A stretch of DNA of 62,996 nucleotides, counting the filler, from Basidiobolus ranarum (lineage: Eukaryota), in NCBI GenBank assembly GCA_040143965.1. It is 26 parts of 26 records of this genome, joined end to end, with 100 filler letters (N's around TTAATTAATTAA, not from the genome) between each part and the next. Parts side by side here need not be neighbours in the genome. Positions count along the whole stretch, not along the records: positions 9,743 to 12,075 come from JASJQH010010338.1; positions 12,176 to 14,508 come from JASJQH010010339.1; positions 14,609 to 16,939 come from JASJQH010010340.1; positions 17,040 to 19,369 come from JASJQH010010341.1; positions 19,470 to 21,797 come from JASJQH010010342.1; positions 21,898 to 24,224 come from JASJQH010010343.1; 20 more parts are not named here. The stretch is one strand, 5' to 3'. The notes below the pieces were generated by a model. It had not been told where the DNA came from and searched no databases. It saw only the letters and a program-made list of their open reading frames with translations. Shown in pieces: positions 10,850-24,105 of this stretch (positions are counted from its first letter, which is position 1; every line of letters starts with the position of its first letter). The position numbers and the translations under genes were made by a program.

Positions 10850-12517
10850 ATCTCTGCCAATGAAAAATATGGTAATCAGAAAAAGGATATTTTTCCAGCC
10901 AATCAGATATCAGGAAATTGGGCTCAGAAATAAGGCAATAATATTCTGAACAATCACAGACCTAAGAAATATCCTACTTTCAATTTGGCTGATATTGGAT
11001 GCAACCAATTGTTGGAAGTATGCAATCAATCACAGAGTTCTGGCAATCAGGTCAAAGAAATCCTACTGAGTGGAAATCAGGAACATCCTGTAAGTCAAAC
11101 ATCTGATCATTCTACCAAGGACTTTGTATATCTCAAATCAAAGCATGAAATCAATGGTTTCAATTCAGAAAAAGGGTGGAATATTATTGCACATATAGCC
11201 TTTTCTGAAACAGAAAATTGGACAAAAGCTCTGAAATCTTATGAAGCAACAGAATGGAGAAAAGCCACTGTTGATGAAATTCACTCCCTAATCAAGAATA
11301 ACACATAGATTCTTGTGGATGTACCTACTGGAAGAAAAATATTGGTAATAGATGGGTGCTGAAACTGAAACTTAACTTGGATGGATCTATCAACTGGTAC
11401 AAAGCAAGATTAGTAGTAAAAGGCTATGCTCAGAAACATGGCTTTGACTATAATGAAACATTTTCTCCCATTGCTAAGTTTACCTCAATCAGAGTAATCC
11501 TAGCCATTGCTACCTGCCAAGGGTTGATGATTGAACAAATGGATCTCAAGATAGCATTTCTTAATGTAGAAATTGATGAAGATATATACTTGGATCAACC
11601 AGAGAGATATATTGCAAAAGGAAAAGAGCATCAAGTATGCAAATTACAGAGAAGTCTATATGGTTTGAAACAACCTCCTTGTGCATGGAATACTAAAATC
11701 AATCAGATCTTCATGAAACATCTTTTCCATTATAGCAAAGCTGATCACTGCATATACTTCAAGACTATCAATGCCACCAAAGTGATAATTGCTTTCTATG
11801 TTGATGATATCATAATAGCTAGTAATTGCCCAAATCTGGTGAAACAAACTAAGACCTGGCTATCTACCAAGTTTGAAATGCAAGATCTTGGATCACTAGC
11901 ATGTTTTCTTGGAATGCAGATGCATTAAAATTCCACTATTGGAACACTCTGTATTACACAAGATAAATATATTGGAGATGTTTTAAACAGATTCAATATG
12001 TCAGAATGTAAAACAGCTTCAAATCCACTACGTATGCTGAAACTCACTAAGAATATGGAACCAAAGACCTCTGAANNNNNNNNNNNNNNNNNNNNNNNNN
12101 NNNNNNNNNNNNNNNNNNNTTAATTAATTAANNNNNNNNNNNNNNNNNNNNNNNNNNNNNNNNNNNNNNNNNNNNACAACCAAACTGCAAACTAGACTGG
12201 ACAAGCCAACACATACCACAGCATATCAACCTCAAGCCACAACTCATGCCTGCCAAGGTAGAGGAACTTCAGCAGGATCAAACCAACCAACTCAGTGCAG
12301 AGTTTCAAGCAAAGTTCCTTCCATGGAAATATCAAGGAGACAACAAAAATAACAGAAGCAAATCAGCATGTACCACTTCAAACCTGGGCAACTGCTGACT
12401 GCTCTTGTTAATACTTAAATTATCTGATCTTTACTGCTTAGTGCATCATGCAAATTCAATATGGTTTGCAGCTTAATATAGCATAAATTGCTTTAGTTGG
12501 ATCATGATTGCTTACGT

Positions 12518-14044
12518 TGTAGTGTGGGATAGGGGTGTTAACTCAAATATTCAGTAATAAAGCTTAATCCCACTACAGATCTCCAGCAAAGCTGAATTTT
12601 TTATACTGGAAGCTTAAAAATATAGATAGGAGAATATTTTTTGCTCTATCTTTAAAGGGTAAAGACACACATGAGTATGTCAATAGCTTGAAGACTTTAT
12701 GAGAAAAGATTATTTATGATAATAGAGCTATCAAAAATCCTCAATACTACAAGGGCAGATAAAACTCTGGTGGTTTCCCTAACTTGAAGTCTGAAGAAAA
12801 TGATATAGTTCTTTTGAGATTGGCAAAGACTTTGATTAAGAGTTGGACATATTCAATGACTGTAAAAGTGAAGATAACTATGAAAGAATCCGTACTGCAA
12901 TCTTCAATAGTCAAGCCTAGTTGAGTTGCAATAGGAATCTTTATTTTCTTTCTACTATACAGGGTAGAATATCTAGTTAAGGAAAGAATAAAGAATATGG
13001 TGCAGTTTTGGATGGTGCTAAGGCTAGAAGCTTTTTCAATAGCGGGAAGGGTTGCTTATATAAAGAAACAGCCTAGAATAAATGCTATGAATTGGTGGCT
13101 GAGAATAAATGCTATGAGTGGGTGGCTTAGCATTGAAGTGCCAATGAGATCACTAAAAAAGCAGCTGCGGCTTTGAAACTTAAAACACATCAGCATCAAG
13201 TACTGTTGCAGCTCTGCGCAATATTTGAAGAGAATCCATTGGCTGGTTCAATAGTTAGCACTAATTTTGTGAGTATCTTGAGATCCTGAATTCCTGTGTT
13301 CTGAATAGATGCTAGTGTTAATTTTTGTGTTGGCAATTTTGAAATGGTTGTAGTTCCACCAATATTTGATCAAATTTTATAATTCTTGCATGCTTGCAAA
13401 GCTCTAATTCCAGAGTCTGTGATTGCAGCTTGAATTGTGCTAATGAGTTAAGTATTGATGTGATTATGAGCGATCAAATATTCTTGTTCTTTTTCTTGAT
13501 CTGTAACATATTATAAGATAGGAATAGATAATATTCTTCCTGCTTATTATGTGCCAGATATGATTGGAATATTTCCAACACTACAATGTCTTTATGCAAC
13601 ACTGATAGCGTGAAATTGTGATATATCAAAAAAATCCTTGATAGCCTATTCATAAAAGCAATTTTTCTACAATCAAATGAAAAATGTCTGTCAATAAAAA
13701 GCTTGCACAGCTGTATTGGCTCAATATGGCTCAATCTGTTCTCATTCACACCCAATTAGAAGCTTATATGATTGAATGAATAATTTGCTGTTATAAAAAT
13801 GATGAATCAAGCAATCCTAATCACTACTATCATACTTTGGATTGATCCATCATCAAGTGCTATGATATGTCACTGGCATGCCAAAACCACTGGTGTTTTG
13901 TAATGCAGGAGCCATTGGGCACAATTAAAACTCAGGATACTGTGTTAGTGAGGGACAAATATATGGCCTAAAAGCATGTGAATGTCTTGGTTATACATTT
14001 GATTTGTTAAGATACAGTATAGGTTGTTTATGTAGAACAGAACA
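12518..14044 (-). repeat. Long (~1.5 kb) LTR-like repeat family X
   Basis: Homologous to 14735-15557 and ~60164-60578; shared terminus ...CCCTATCCCACACTA(C/T)A in two independent contexts; AATAAA upstream of it; no recognisable protein. Confidence 0.65.
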
Positions 14045-14059
14045 TTGGCCTAAAGAAGG

Positions 14060-14318
14060 GGATGAGGCCTTTGGCCAACAAAATACTTCCTTGCTGAAGC
14101 CCTGCCAACTTCAAATTAGTGCAACTACTCTTTCTGTGCCTAGTTCATGCACATTCCATGAAGAGATCTGCAAGCTTCAATCTGAACACCCATTGGCTAT
14201 ACCAATCAAGGAAGCCCAGGAAGCATGCAAAGGCCTCCCAAGCTTGAACTTGTACTGCAATTTCTCTATCATCAATGATCTCTTGTTTATGAGAAGCACC
14301 TTTACATTCCAGACCACA
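14060..14318 (+). mobile_element. Probable Ty3/gypsy pol fragment (RNase H-integrase linker)
   Basis: EEICKLQSEHP..FSIINDLLF followed by LYIPD in a shifted frame. Confidence 0.55.
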
Positions 14319-14508
14319 GTAATTAAACTACATTCCTGTCCAAATGGTTGATTGGCTTTCACCGGTGATCTGAAAAACGTGAAGTCATGTACTGTTTGCA
14401 CCCAATTGGCAATCACTGAATTAGGTAAATATTATTCATATTCATCTTACATATGTATGATCATGCATTTGCATAGGCTCTGGATGGTTTCTTGATAAAC
14501 AAATATAC
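14319..14508 (+). mobile_element. CMC transposase fragment
   Basis: DNA matches 2960-3090 and 3250-3300. Confidence 0.85.
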
Positions 14509-14608
14509 NNNNNNNNNNNNNNNNNNNNNNNNNNNNNNNNNNNNNNNNNNNNTTAATTAATTAANNNNNNNNNNNNNNNNNNNNNNNNNNNNNNNNNNNN
14601 NNNNNNNN

Positions 14609-14720
14609 TGCATAGTGGCTAATGGGAAGCTCTGGCTCCAGCTGATCCCCTTAAGCAATATAATCTTAGGCTTACAGCTAATACCAAGTATGATGTTAAC
14701 TGACTATTTGGTGAATTTAT
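14609..14720 (-). mobile_element. CMC transposase fragment
   Basis: Reverse complement of the 18680-18795 region. Confidence 0.8.
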
Positions 14721-14734
14721 ATATATATATATCA

Positions 14735-15557
14735 GCAAGTTCACCATCACAAAAATTAACACTTGAATATATTCAGAACACAAGAATACAGGACCTCAAG
14801 ATGCTCACAAAATTAGTGATAACCTTTACACCAACTAATGGATTCTTTTCAAATTTGCACAGAGCTGCAGCAGTATCAGATGCTGATATGTTCAAAGTTT
14901 CAAAGCCACAGCTGCATTATTGGCGATCCTATTAGCCATTTGATGCTAAGCCACCCACTTACAGCTTTTATACTCAGCCACCAATTCATGGCATTTAATC
15001 TCAGCCATTTTCTAATGGAAGTAACCCTTCCCTATAGTGAAAAAGCTTCTAGCCTTAGCACCAACCAAAACTTCACCATATCCTTTATCCTCTCTTATAC
15101 TAGATATTCTACCCTGTATCAAGGTAGGATAATAAAGATTTCTATTGCAACTCAACTAGCCTTGAATATTAGAGATTGTAGTTCAGATTCACTCATGGTT
15201 ATCTTCACTTTTACAGCCATAGAATAGACTTTACTCTGGATCAAAGTCTTAGCCAATCTCAAAGAGCTATATATTTTTCTTAATACTTCAAGTTAGAAAC
15301 ACCACTAGAATTATATCTACCCTTGTAGTATTGAGGATTCCTGATAGATCTATCATCAGAAAAAATCTTTTCTCACAAAGTCCTCTAGCTACTGACATAC
15401 TATAGTGTGTCTTTACCCATTAAAGATAGAGTGAAGAATATATCTCCTATTGATATTTTTAAGCTTCCAGAATAAAAAATTCAGCTTTGCTGGAGATTTG
15501 TAGTAGGATTAAGTTTTCTTCTGAATATGTAAGTTAACACCCCTATCCCACACTATA
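14735..15557 (+). repeat. Repeat family X, 3' part, inserted in copia integrase
   Basis: Reverse complement of 12518-13330; interrupts the integrase at GIMQETTA. Confidence 0.75.
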
Positions 15558-16755
15558 GCAGTAGTTTCTTGCATAATTCCATGAACTTTACAAAAGTGAT
15601 TAAATAGTGTTGAAGTGTATTCTCCATCATTATCAGTACATATTTTCTTGCTTTTAGTTCCAGTATCAGTCTCTACAAGTGCTTTAAAATCTCTAAAGAT
15701 AGAGACAACTTCTTGTTTTTTTTCCATAAAGTAGACCCAAGTGCATCTTGTATAATCATCAATAAATGTGATTAAATATCCTTTTCCACCTAAAGATAAG
15801 TTTTGCATAGGTCAACACCAATCTGAATGAATTAGATCCAATTTATTGACAGATTTGATTGTACCAGAGCTCTTGAACAGCTTCTGGCTTGTTTTCCAAA
15901 TATTGAACCCTCACAAATTTTCATTTTGGTTGGGGATTATTTTGAAATCCAGATATTAGGCAATTTTTTATCATTTTGCTCAAATAATCTAATCCAATAT
16001 GGCCAAATCTCTTACACCATAATTGAATAGTTTCTTAATTAGAATAACTTATATTTGCACATACACCTCTTGGATTATATGTATAAGCTCTGATCCTTTT
16101 CCCCTGAAGCTAAATAAGTCCCATTTTGATCAGGGATGGTGCATCCTGACTTAGCAAATTTTGAACTTTAGCCCTTTTGAGGTGGCCTTGCATACAGATA
16201 TTAAATTCTTGGCAATATCTGGAGCTTGTAGTATATCCTTAGAAATATATACTTTCTCTTCAGAAACTCCAGTTAAATTGACTGGTGTTGTTCCCATTCC
16301 AATGGCATCCAATGTATGGTCATCTCCCATAAAAACCTTTCTAATTGGGTTTTCTTCATGATCCACAAACCAATGTTTTTCATTTGTGAAATGTTGGGAG
16401 GCTCCAGAATCAATATACCATGTCTGAGAATCCTTGTTGGAAGTCATAGATAGAGCAGATATAAATAAGCAATCTTCTGTTATAAGCACATATCCAGACT
16501 AGTATGTTTTTCTTCTTTTGCAATTCTTTTAAAGCAATCTTTGCTTCAATGGCCAGTTCTTTTACAGTAATCACAGAATGTGTGACTTTTCTTCTTAAAG
16601 TACTTTTGACCTTTTCAGGATGGTTTTCCATTGCCTGTTAAATCATTTTCTTCATTCTGTTGGTTGGATCCTAATTTGCATAAATTTTCATCCAGAAGTC
16701 TGCCAAATACATAATTTGAGGTCAAATTTTAAGTTCTTGATACTAGAGCCATTAC
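15558..16755 (-). mobile_element. Ty1/copia gag zinc knuckle-protease-integrase remnant
   Basis: CDYCKRTGH..DC, WYIDSGASQH, LIHSD, YLITFIDDYTR..W, TDNDGEY. Confidence 0.95.
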
Positions 16756-16939
16756 TGTTGAAAGTCTGGTGACTTGTGGTACAAGCAGTAATTCCCAAAG
16801 AGGAAAATGTGGAGTATGGTGACTGCTTCTGAATGCAAAGTCTAAGGCCAATCAGTTGCTTGCATAGCTGAAATGCCAAAGTACCATACATTGATGGACT
16901 AGGTTAAGGTTCCCTAGCAATATAGGCATAGCATACAAG
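16756..16939 (+). mobile_element. Second copy of the tRNA-containing LTR (5' 184 bp), inserted in copia gag
   Basis: Highly similar to 10568-10751; the contig ends on the first tRNA base (G, which restores the acceptor pair). Confidence 0.88.
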
Positions 16940-17039
16940 NNNNNNNNNNNNNNNNNNNNNNNNNNNNNNNNNNNNNNNNNNNNTTAATTAATTAANNNNN
17001 NNNNNNNNNNNNNNNNNNNNNNNNNNNNNNNNNNNNNNN

Positions 17040-17497
17040 CAGAGACCAAGGCCAATATTGCAGGGTATCCACCAGATAGCTGGAAGAATGTTGATGCAGC
17101 AACGTTAATACAAAGGTGGGCTTTGATGGAGATATTGACACAAACTTGTGTAGGGTATGAGCTAAACCTTGGGTACAAAGAACTGTATAAAAATATTCAG
17201 GAGAATATATCAAAGTGACTAAGGATTTCAAAGGTGACAAATTAGCATCGAAGTGGTAATTGTGTAAAATTTAAGTTACGTTTTTTGCACATGTGCTGAT
17301 CCACAGTTCTCTGAGATTTTAGCCAATCATTTGCAACTATTTTGAGAGTTCTTGAAGTTACACACCTGACACTGAAAAAAATGATTAAAATCAAATCCAA
17401 CTTGATAATTTTATGATGGTAAGTAAACAGTCAATCCCAAATGGATTGAAATTGTGATGGTTTTCCTACAATAACAATCCTCAAATTTCTGTTAGAG
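17040..17497 (-). mobile_element. CMC left end (TIR C(T)CTAACAGAAATTTGAGG) with ORF2 C-terminus
   Basis: Same terminus at 21341, 35909 and 62221. Confidence 0.88.
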
Positions 17498-17503
17498 TGT
17501 AGT

Positions 17504-19369
17504 TTGCCTCAAAGTTTTGGTCATACTGCCAAAAGTCAAGATACCATGGAGTTATCACAGTTATATGACCAGAATCATGTAGGTCAAAATGCAACTTTGG
17601 TCAAACCAGTAAGTCAAGAGAACTTTAAGGACTTGCTGCTAGATATTGACTTTGGTTACTCCAGTACCAATGGTAGTATATCAGAAGTTGAAGAAGAAGA
17701 CAACCATTTTGTTATGGACTCTTTGTTATCAGCAAACATTAATCCACTCATAACACTTACAGTACAGGAAGCAGCTATGATTATTGAGGAGTGGAGAGTT
17801 CAATCTAATCTTAGCAACCAGGTCTTTATTGGTTTTCTCACACTTATACCACAATTGATTGGCAACTGTTGCTTGCCATGGACTTGGTACAGGTGGAAAA
17901 TACTTGTCAATTGTATGACTTATAATCCTTCAGTAATTAAACTGCCTTAATGTTCAAATGGTTGTTTGGCTTTCACCGTTGATCTGAAAACTTGAAGTCA
18001 TGAACTGTTTGCACACAATTGGCAATCACTGAATCAGGTAACTATTGTTCATATTTGCTTACATACCATTGATTCCCTGCCTTAGAGTTTTGATGAAATC
18101 ACCCAAATACAGAGATTGTTCCAATACCAAAGTACTCACCGTAAAGCTGATGGCATCATGGATATAGTTGATGGATATCACTACCAGAATCTGATTAGTC
18201 AAGGTTTCTTTGAGAACATGTATAATCATGCATTTGCATTGGCTCTGGATAGTTTCTCAGTATACAAATATACCATTGGAATGGCTTGCTGGCCAATAAT
18301 TTTAATCAACTTAAACCTTCCTCCTTCTGAACAGTCTACAAGTCATAATATCTTGACACTATCCATCTTATCTGGACCTAAATCACTAGTGCTTATAGAT
18401 AGCTTCTTGGAGCCTTTGATTGCAAAATTTGAATAGTTATCTAATGGGGTTCAGATAGGTGAGTATCTTATTAAAGCTAATATCATTGTATGTATTGGTG
18501 ACACTCCTGCGATGAGTAAACTTGGAGGTTTCATGGGCACAATGCACTATCTTGCTGTAGATTTTATCAAATTAATGGAGTTTACTCTAACAGACATATG
18601 CATTGCTACTATCCAAATACAACACTAAACTTCATGATTTTACCATCAAGAGCCTGGCCAGATTTCAACATGATCACTGATATTGATTCACCAAATAGTC
18701 AGCAGTACATCAAGCTTGGTATTAGCTGTAAGCCTAAGATTATATTCCTAAGGGGATTAGCTGGAGCCAGAGCTTCCCATTAGGCACTATGCACTTACTA
18801 TTCAACAACATTCCAATACTACTTACTAAGCTATATAGTGGAATATTCAATATGAATGAGCCATTTGAGATAGGATCAAAGTGTGAATTCATTGGGAAAA
18901 TGTTTGAAAACAGCAAGATACCATCACATTTTACCAAGACTCCCATCAATATCCACTCAGCAAGGCGTTTATTCAAATGCAAAGACTGGAAGTATTGGAT
19001 TTGTATATATTCCTGCAGAATTGTGAAATGATTCCTGCCTGATAAGTATTTGCAACATTGGGAGTTGTTTGTGGATATTGTTAATATATTCTTACAGCAT
19101 CAACTCTCATTGGCAGATCTAAGGCAGATACAGCAACTGTGCAAAGATTTTGTAATTGGATATGAAAAACTTTATTACAGGTTTAAGGAAGATAGACTGA
19201 ATCTCTGCCAGTATTCAATACATTCCCTGCTGCATCTTTCACAATGCTTAGCGATTATAGGCCCTTGCTATACATTCTGGGAGTTCCCAATGGAGCACAC
19301 CTGTGGTGAAATGATGCTTCATGTGAAATTGTCAGTATTACCATATGCTAATCTGATTAACAATGTATC
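17504..19369 (+). mobile_element. CMC/EnSpm Tnp2 transposase core, decayed
   Basis: ALALDSFS, WPIILINLNLPP, GDTPA.SKLGGF, KCKDWKYW, YEKLYYRFKEDRLNLCQYSIHSLLHL, FWEFPME. Confidence 0.93.
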
Positions 19370-19469
19370 NNNNNNNNNNNNNNNNNNNNNNNNNNNNNNN
19401 NNNNNNNNNNNNNTTAATTAATTAANNNNNNNNNNNNNNNNNNNNNNNNNNNNNNNNNNNNNNNNNNNN

Positions 19470-21340
19470 AAGATTCCGCACAGTTTCCAAAATGTTAAAC
19501 CACTCATCATCAGAGCAAGTGACAGCAGCTCTGACATTCAGAGTCTTTTGGTTTGCCAGTTTTCCTATGAGATTTCTACTCACATGTGTTCTAATAATTT
19601 TGGGTTGTAGTGTATGCTTAAAGGTCTGACATATATTCTACTCTGCTCGATTGCCATGGTGACATTTGTATGTATTTTGAAGGACTAATTGAAGTCCCAT
19701 ATGAGAATGGACAGAGGGAGCCACATTTTGCTATAGCTCAAGTACAGCATTCTGAAGGTCTTGTATCATTGTCAAGAGACTCTCTAATTGTTACTAGTTA
19801 CTTCAGAATGATGCATTAATTGCACTATTGTGGCATTATAGCTTGTCATGGCCTGTATAGCAACTTTTCTGCCTCAGAGTTTGGGTAACACTGCCAAAAG
19901 TCAAGGTACCATCAAGTTACCACAGTTATATGGCCAAATTCATATAGGTAGAAATGCAAATTTGGTCAAATCAATAAGTCCAGACAACTTTGAGGACTTG
20001 CTGCTAGATGTTGATCTTGGTTGTTCCAATACCAATGGTAGTATATCAGAAGTTGAAGGAGAAGATGATGGTTTTATTACACACTCTGTGTTATTGGCAA
20101 GCATTAGTCCACTCGAAACACTTACAGTCAAGGAAGCAGCTTTTATTATTGAGGAGTGGAGTTTTCAATCCAATCTTAGCAACCAAGTGTTTATTGCTTT
20201 TCTTACATGCTTACCACAGCTGATTGGCAACTGTTGCTTGCCACAGACCTGGTACAAGTGGAAAACACTTGTCAATCATATGAGTTATAATCCTTCAGTA
20301 ATTAAACTACCTCATGTCCAAATGGTTATTTGGCTTTCACCAGTGATCTGGAAAACCTGAAGTCATGTACTGTTTGCACACAATTGGCAATCACTGAATC
20401 AGGTAAATAGCATTCATATTTGGCTTACATACCATTAATTCCCCATCTTCAAGTTTTGATGAAATCACCCAAAAATAGATCATTGCTCCAATACCAAAGT
20501 ATTCCTTGTAAAGCTGATGGTATTACCAATATACTTGATGGATATCACTACCAGAATCTAAAAAGTCAAGGTTTCTGTGAGAACCTGTACAATCATGCAA
20601 TTGCATTGGCTCTGCATGGTATCTGGCTAAACAAATATTCCATTGGAAAGGCTTGCTGGCCAATAATTTTAATTAACTTAGATTATCCTCCTTCTGAATG
20701 GTATAAGATTTGTAATATTTTGATACTATCCATCATATCTGCACCTAAATCACCAGTGCTAATAGATAGCTTCTGGGGGCCTGTGATTGCCAAATCTAAA
20801 TGGTTATCTAATGGGGTTCAGATGGGTAAATATTTTATTAAAGCAAATATCATTGTATGTATTAGTGACACTCCTTCCATCAGTAAACTTGGAGGTTTTT
20901 GCAGGCATAATGCACTATCTTGCTGTAGAATCTGTCAAATCAATGGAATCTACTCAATCAGGTATATGCATTACTACTATTCAGATATTAAACTAAACTC
21001 CATGAATTTACCATCAAGAGCCCTAACCAATTGCAATATGATCACTGATATTAATTCACCAAATAGTCAGTCTAACATCAAACTTGGTTTTAGCCATAAG
21101 CCTAAGATCTTAGAGCTAAATGGGATCAGCTGGAGCCAGAGCTTCCCATTAGGCACTATGCACTTACTATTCAACAACAATCCAATACTACTTACTCCTC
21201 TATATAGGGGAAAACTCCATGTGAATGAGCCATTTGAGATAGGAGCAAAGTTTGAATCATTTAGGAAAATGCTTGGCAAAATTCAAGTGGAATCTTGAAG
21301 AGATTTCTGCCTGATAAGTATTGGCAAAATTGGGAGTTGT
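19470..21340 (+). mobile_element. CMC internal-deletion derivative (ORF2 piece on minus strand joined to transposase)
   Basis: 19470-19865 is the reverse complement of about 42710-43100; it joins the transposase directly, lacking ~840 bp present at 41870-42710. Confidence 0.85.
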
Positions 21341-21797
21341 CCCTAACAAAATTTTGAGTATTGTTATTGTAGGAAAACAGTCAAAATTTTAATCCATTTG
21401 GGATTGAATGTTTACTTACCATCATAAAATTGTCAAGTTAGATTTGATTTCAATCAATTTTTCAGTTTCAGGAGTGAAATTTACAGCCATAATGAGAATT
21501 AAAAAATACAAGAATCTTGTTGTGTTTAGTCTCTACATATGCACATACTTGATTGATTAGACGTAACTCAACAACATCAATATGCTTTAGCCGCAAACTA
21601 ACTGTGGAAAAATTGCTAAACATCTGAAATTTTGAATTGACAAATTTTTGTTAGGGTAAACTCTATTGATTTGACAAAATCTACAGCAAGATAGTGCATT
21701 GTGCCTGCAAAAACCTCTAAGTTTACTGATGGCAGGAGTGTCACCAATACACACAATGATATTAGCTTTGAAAAAATATTCACCCATCTGAACCCCA
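21341..21797. mobile_element. Rearranged CMC pieces: left end, inverted C-terminal fragment, inverted left TIR tip (ends 21656), minus-strand transposase
   Basis: CCCTAACAAAATTTTGAG at 21341; CAAATTTTTGTTAGGG ending 21656. Confidence 0.75.
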
Positions 21798-21897
21798 NNN
21801 NNNNNNNNNNNNNNNNNNNNNNNNNNNNNNNNNNNNNNNNNTTAATTAATTAANNNNNNNNNNNNNNNNNNNNNNNNNNNNNNNNNNNNNNNNNNNN

Positions 21898-22259
21898 TCA
21901 GTGCCAACGAGCTACTCATCAACTCTACGCAGCGCAACATACTCTCCAATGTAGCACCTATGGATGGAGACTTCGTTGTTCAAAAGCGGAGATTTGACGC
22001 TATGTTTCAATCTACATTGCCACTTCTTTTGCGTGCAAACCTGATTGACACAGTAGTTCTATCTGGAGCATACACTTCCGGGGTTATTCTTGCTACAATG
22101 CGAACTTGCAGCGATATGGACTACCAGATCTATATTATTCGAGAGAATGTCATCGATCCAAGCTACTCCCTCAGTCAAACACTTCTTGATGTTTTCTTTC
22201 CCCAGCAAGCGAGTGTGATTAGCTTGGAGACTGCTTTACGGGCATTACCAAAGAACTAA
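21898..22259 (+). CDS. Isochorismatase-family (cysteine hydrolase fold) protein, 3' fragment, TSGV subtype
   Basis: VAP.DGDFVVQKRRFDAMF.S.L..LLRA..IDTVVLSG..TSGVILAT.R...D.DY....I.E...DP; frame open from the contig start. Confidence 0.9.
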
Positions 22260-22579
22260 ATTAATAATATATCACATAAATTTTGAATTTTTCCATTTTA
22301 GTTAAATCAAACATACGTATTAGTTTAATTGGAGCCAATAAGGGTGTGGTTGGCCATGAATAAAGTTCTAAACACTTTTTTACATATATGTATATACATT
22401 TCTTGTGTAAATAGTCTCTCTTCTAACTCAGATAGGGAATTAGTGGATGAGAAGCACCACAAGAGAAGCACCATAAGGTGTAATATTTATTTAAAAAGTT
22501 AAATTGCAAATATCAAATGAATAAACCTCAAGAATACAATGTTTACCATATATAGTCTGCTTAAAATATATAAGAGAAG

Positions 22580-22869
22580 TGTTGAAGGATCTTGACATAA
22601 CAGGGGTAGACTTTGAATATTAGAAGCAACTTATGATGGTGTGTTTTAGTTACTTTCTTCTTAAGAGTGTATGGTGGCTATTATAGTAGTAAAGTAAATC
22701 AATTATTTGAGATATTCAGGAGTTTGTGTAATAACATATAAGAGATAAGTGGGGGTAATAAGACATACTTGTTATATAGATATACAGATATTCCTATATA
22801 GAGTATATATACATTGCACTTTGTTTCTGATATATGTATCATGACTAAAGTCAACTAAGATATTGACTA
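22580..22869. repeat. LTR family C, interrupted by a copia-A element
   Basis: TGTTG(A/G)AGGATCTTGACATAA start shared with 29484 and 53185. Confidence 0.85.
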
Positions 22870-24105
22870 TGTTAAAGTATTTGGGAGCCTGTTGGAAGTG
22901 GTTTGGAGAATTAGAACAATTAGTGGTTTTCACTTATTGATTTATTGAGTAGAAAGTTGACATTTATAGTTTTGTCAAGATGTAAGCAAACTAACATGTA
23001 GAATGTGTTAAGGAAGGTCCCAGGAACATGTGTGCAAAGTTTGGGGCCTCTAGCATAGGTTTGAAAAGTTTATATATCTGAGAACTTCTAAGTTGGTACA
23101 AATATTCTATGTAAATTCCAATTTAGAATAATGGATAATATCTTGATGAATTATAAGATAACTAAGTACTAAGCTATATATGACTATATAGGTGCCTAGG
23201 CAATGCTAATTTCAACACTCTCCCTCAACTAAATAGTCATATAAACCAATCCTAATAAAGGTCTAAACTTCTCAAATTTCTGTCTAGCTAATGGTTTGGT
23301 TGATATATCAGAAATTAGGTCTTCTGTAGAACAATAAGTTAAGTCAATAAACTAATTTTCTATAATCCCTCTAATTATGAGATGCTTAATATCTATATGT
23401 TTGCTTTTATTATGAAACATGGGATTTTTAGCTAATTTGATACAACTTTGGTTATCTTGAGATATTGTAGTTGGTGAATTTTGAAAATAACCCATATCTG
23501 TTTAGAGCTTTCTTAACCATATTGCTTCTTTTGTTGCTTCACAGAGAGCCATGTATTCAGCTTCTGTTGTTGAATGTGCTGTGGAAGGTTGTTTCTTTAA
23601 ATTCCAAGAAACAGCTCTGTTACAGCAAAGAAAAAGTATCCTGTAGTAGATCTCCTGTCTTCAATATCTCTTCCCCAATTTGCATCTGAATATCCCATCA
23701 GATCAAAGTTTGATCCAGAATATGCGTATTTTAAGCATAGATCCATAGTACCTCTCAAATATCTGAAAATCCACTTAACTGCTATGATTTGATTGGATCC
23801 AAAATTTTTAACATATTGACACATAACTCCCACAGAATATGCAATATCTGGCCATGTTCCAACCATGATATACATCAAACTAGCAACCATATATTGATAA
23901 GCAAATTTCTGGCTTTCATTTGAATCCAAAAACATCTGATTTGAGCCATTTTTGGTCATGTTAAGATTTTTCTCCATTGAGGTAAATACTGATTACATTC
24001 TTCCATTTTGAACTTCTTTAGTATATCTAGGATATACTTAGACTGGCTTAAAGTAATTGTTTTGGTAGTTCTATCTATCTTAATTTAGATTCCAAGACAG
24101 TGCAT
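22870..24105 (-). mobile_element. Copia-A 3' end: RT/RNase H, PPT (23218-23228) and 3' LTR (22870-23217)
   Basis: TWPDIAYSV, GYSDANWG.DIEDRRSTTGY; GAGGGAGAG immediately before TGTTGAAATTAGC. Confidence 0.95.

Larger units (their letters stand above)
9743..12075 (+). mobile_element. Ty1/copia pol remnant (same family as 1-2338), interrupted at 10384-10849
   Basis: Closely similar to contig 1; RT YKARLVVKGY, FYVDDI; about 56 bp of host pol missing at the insertion. Confidence 0.95.
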
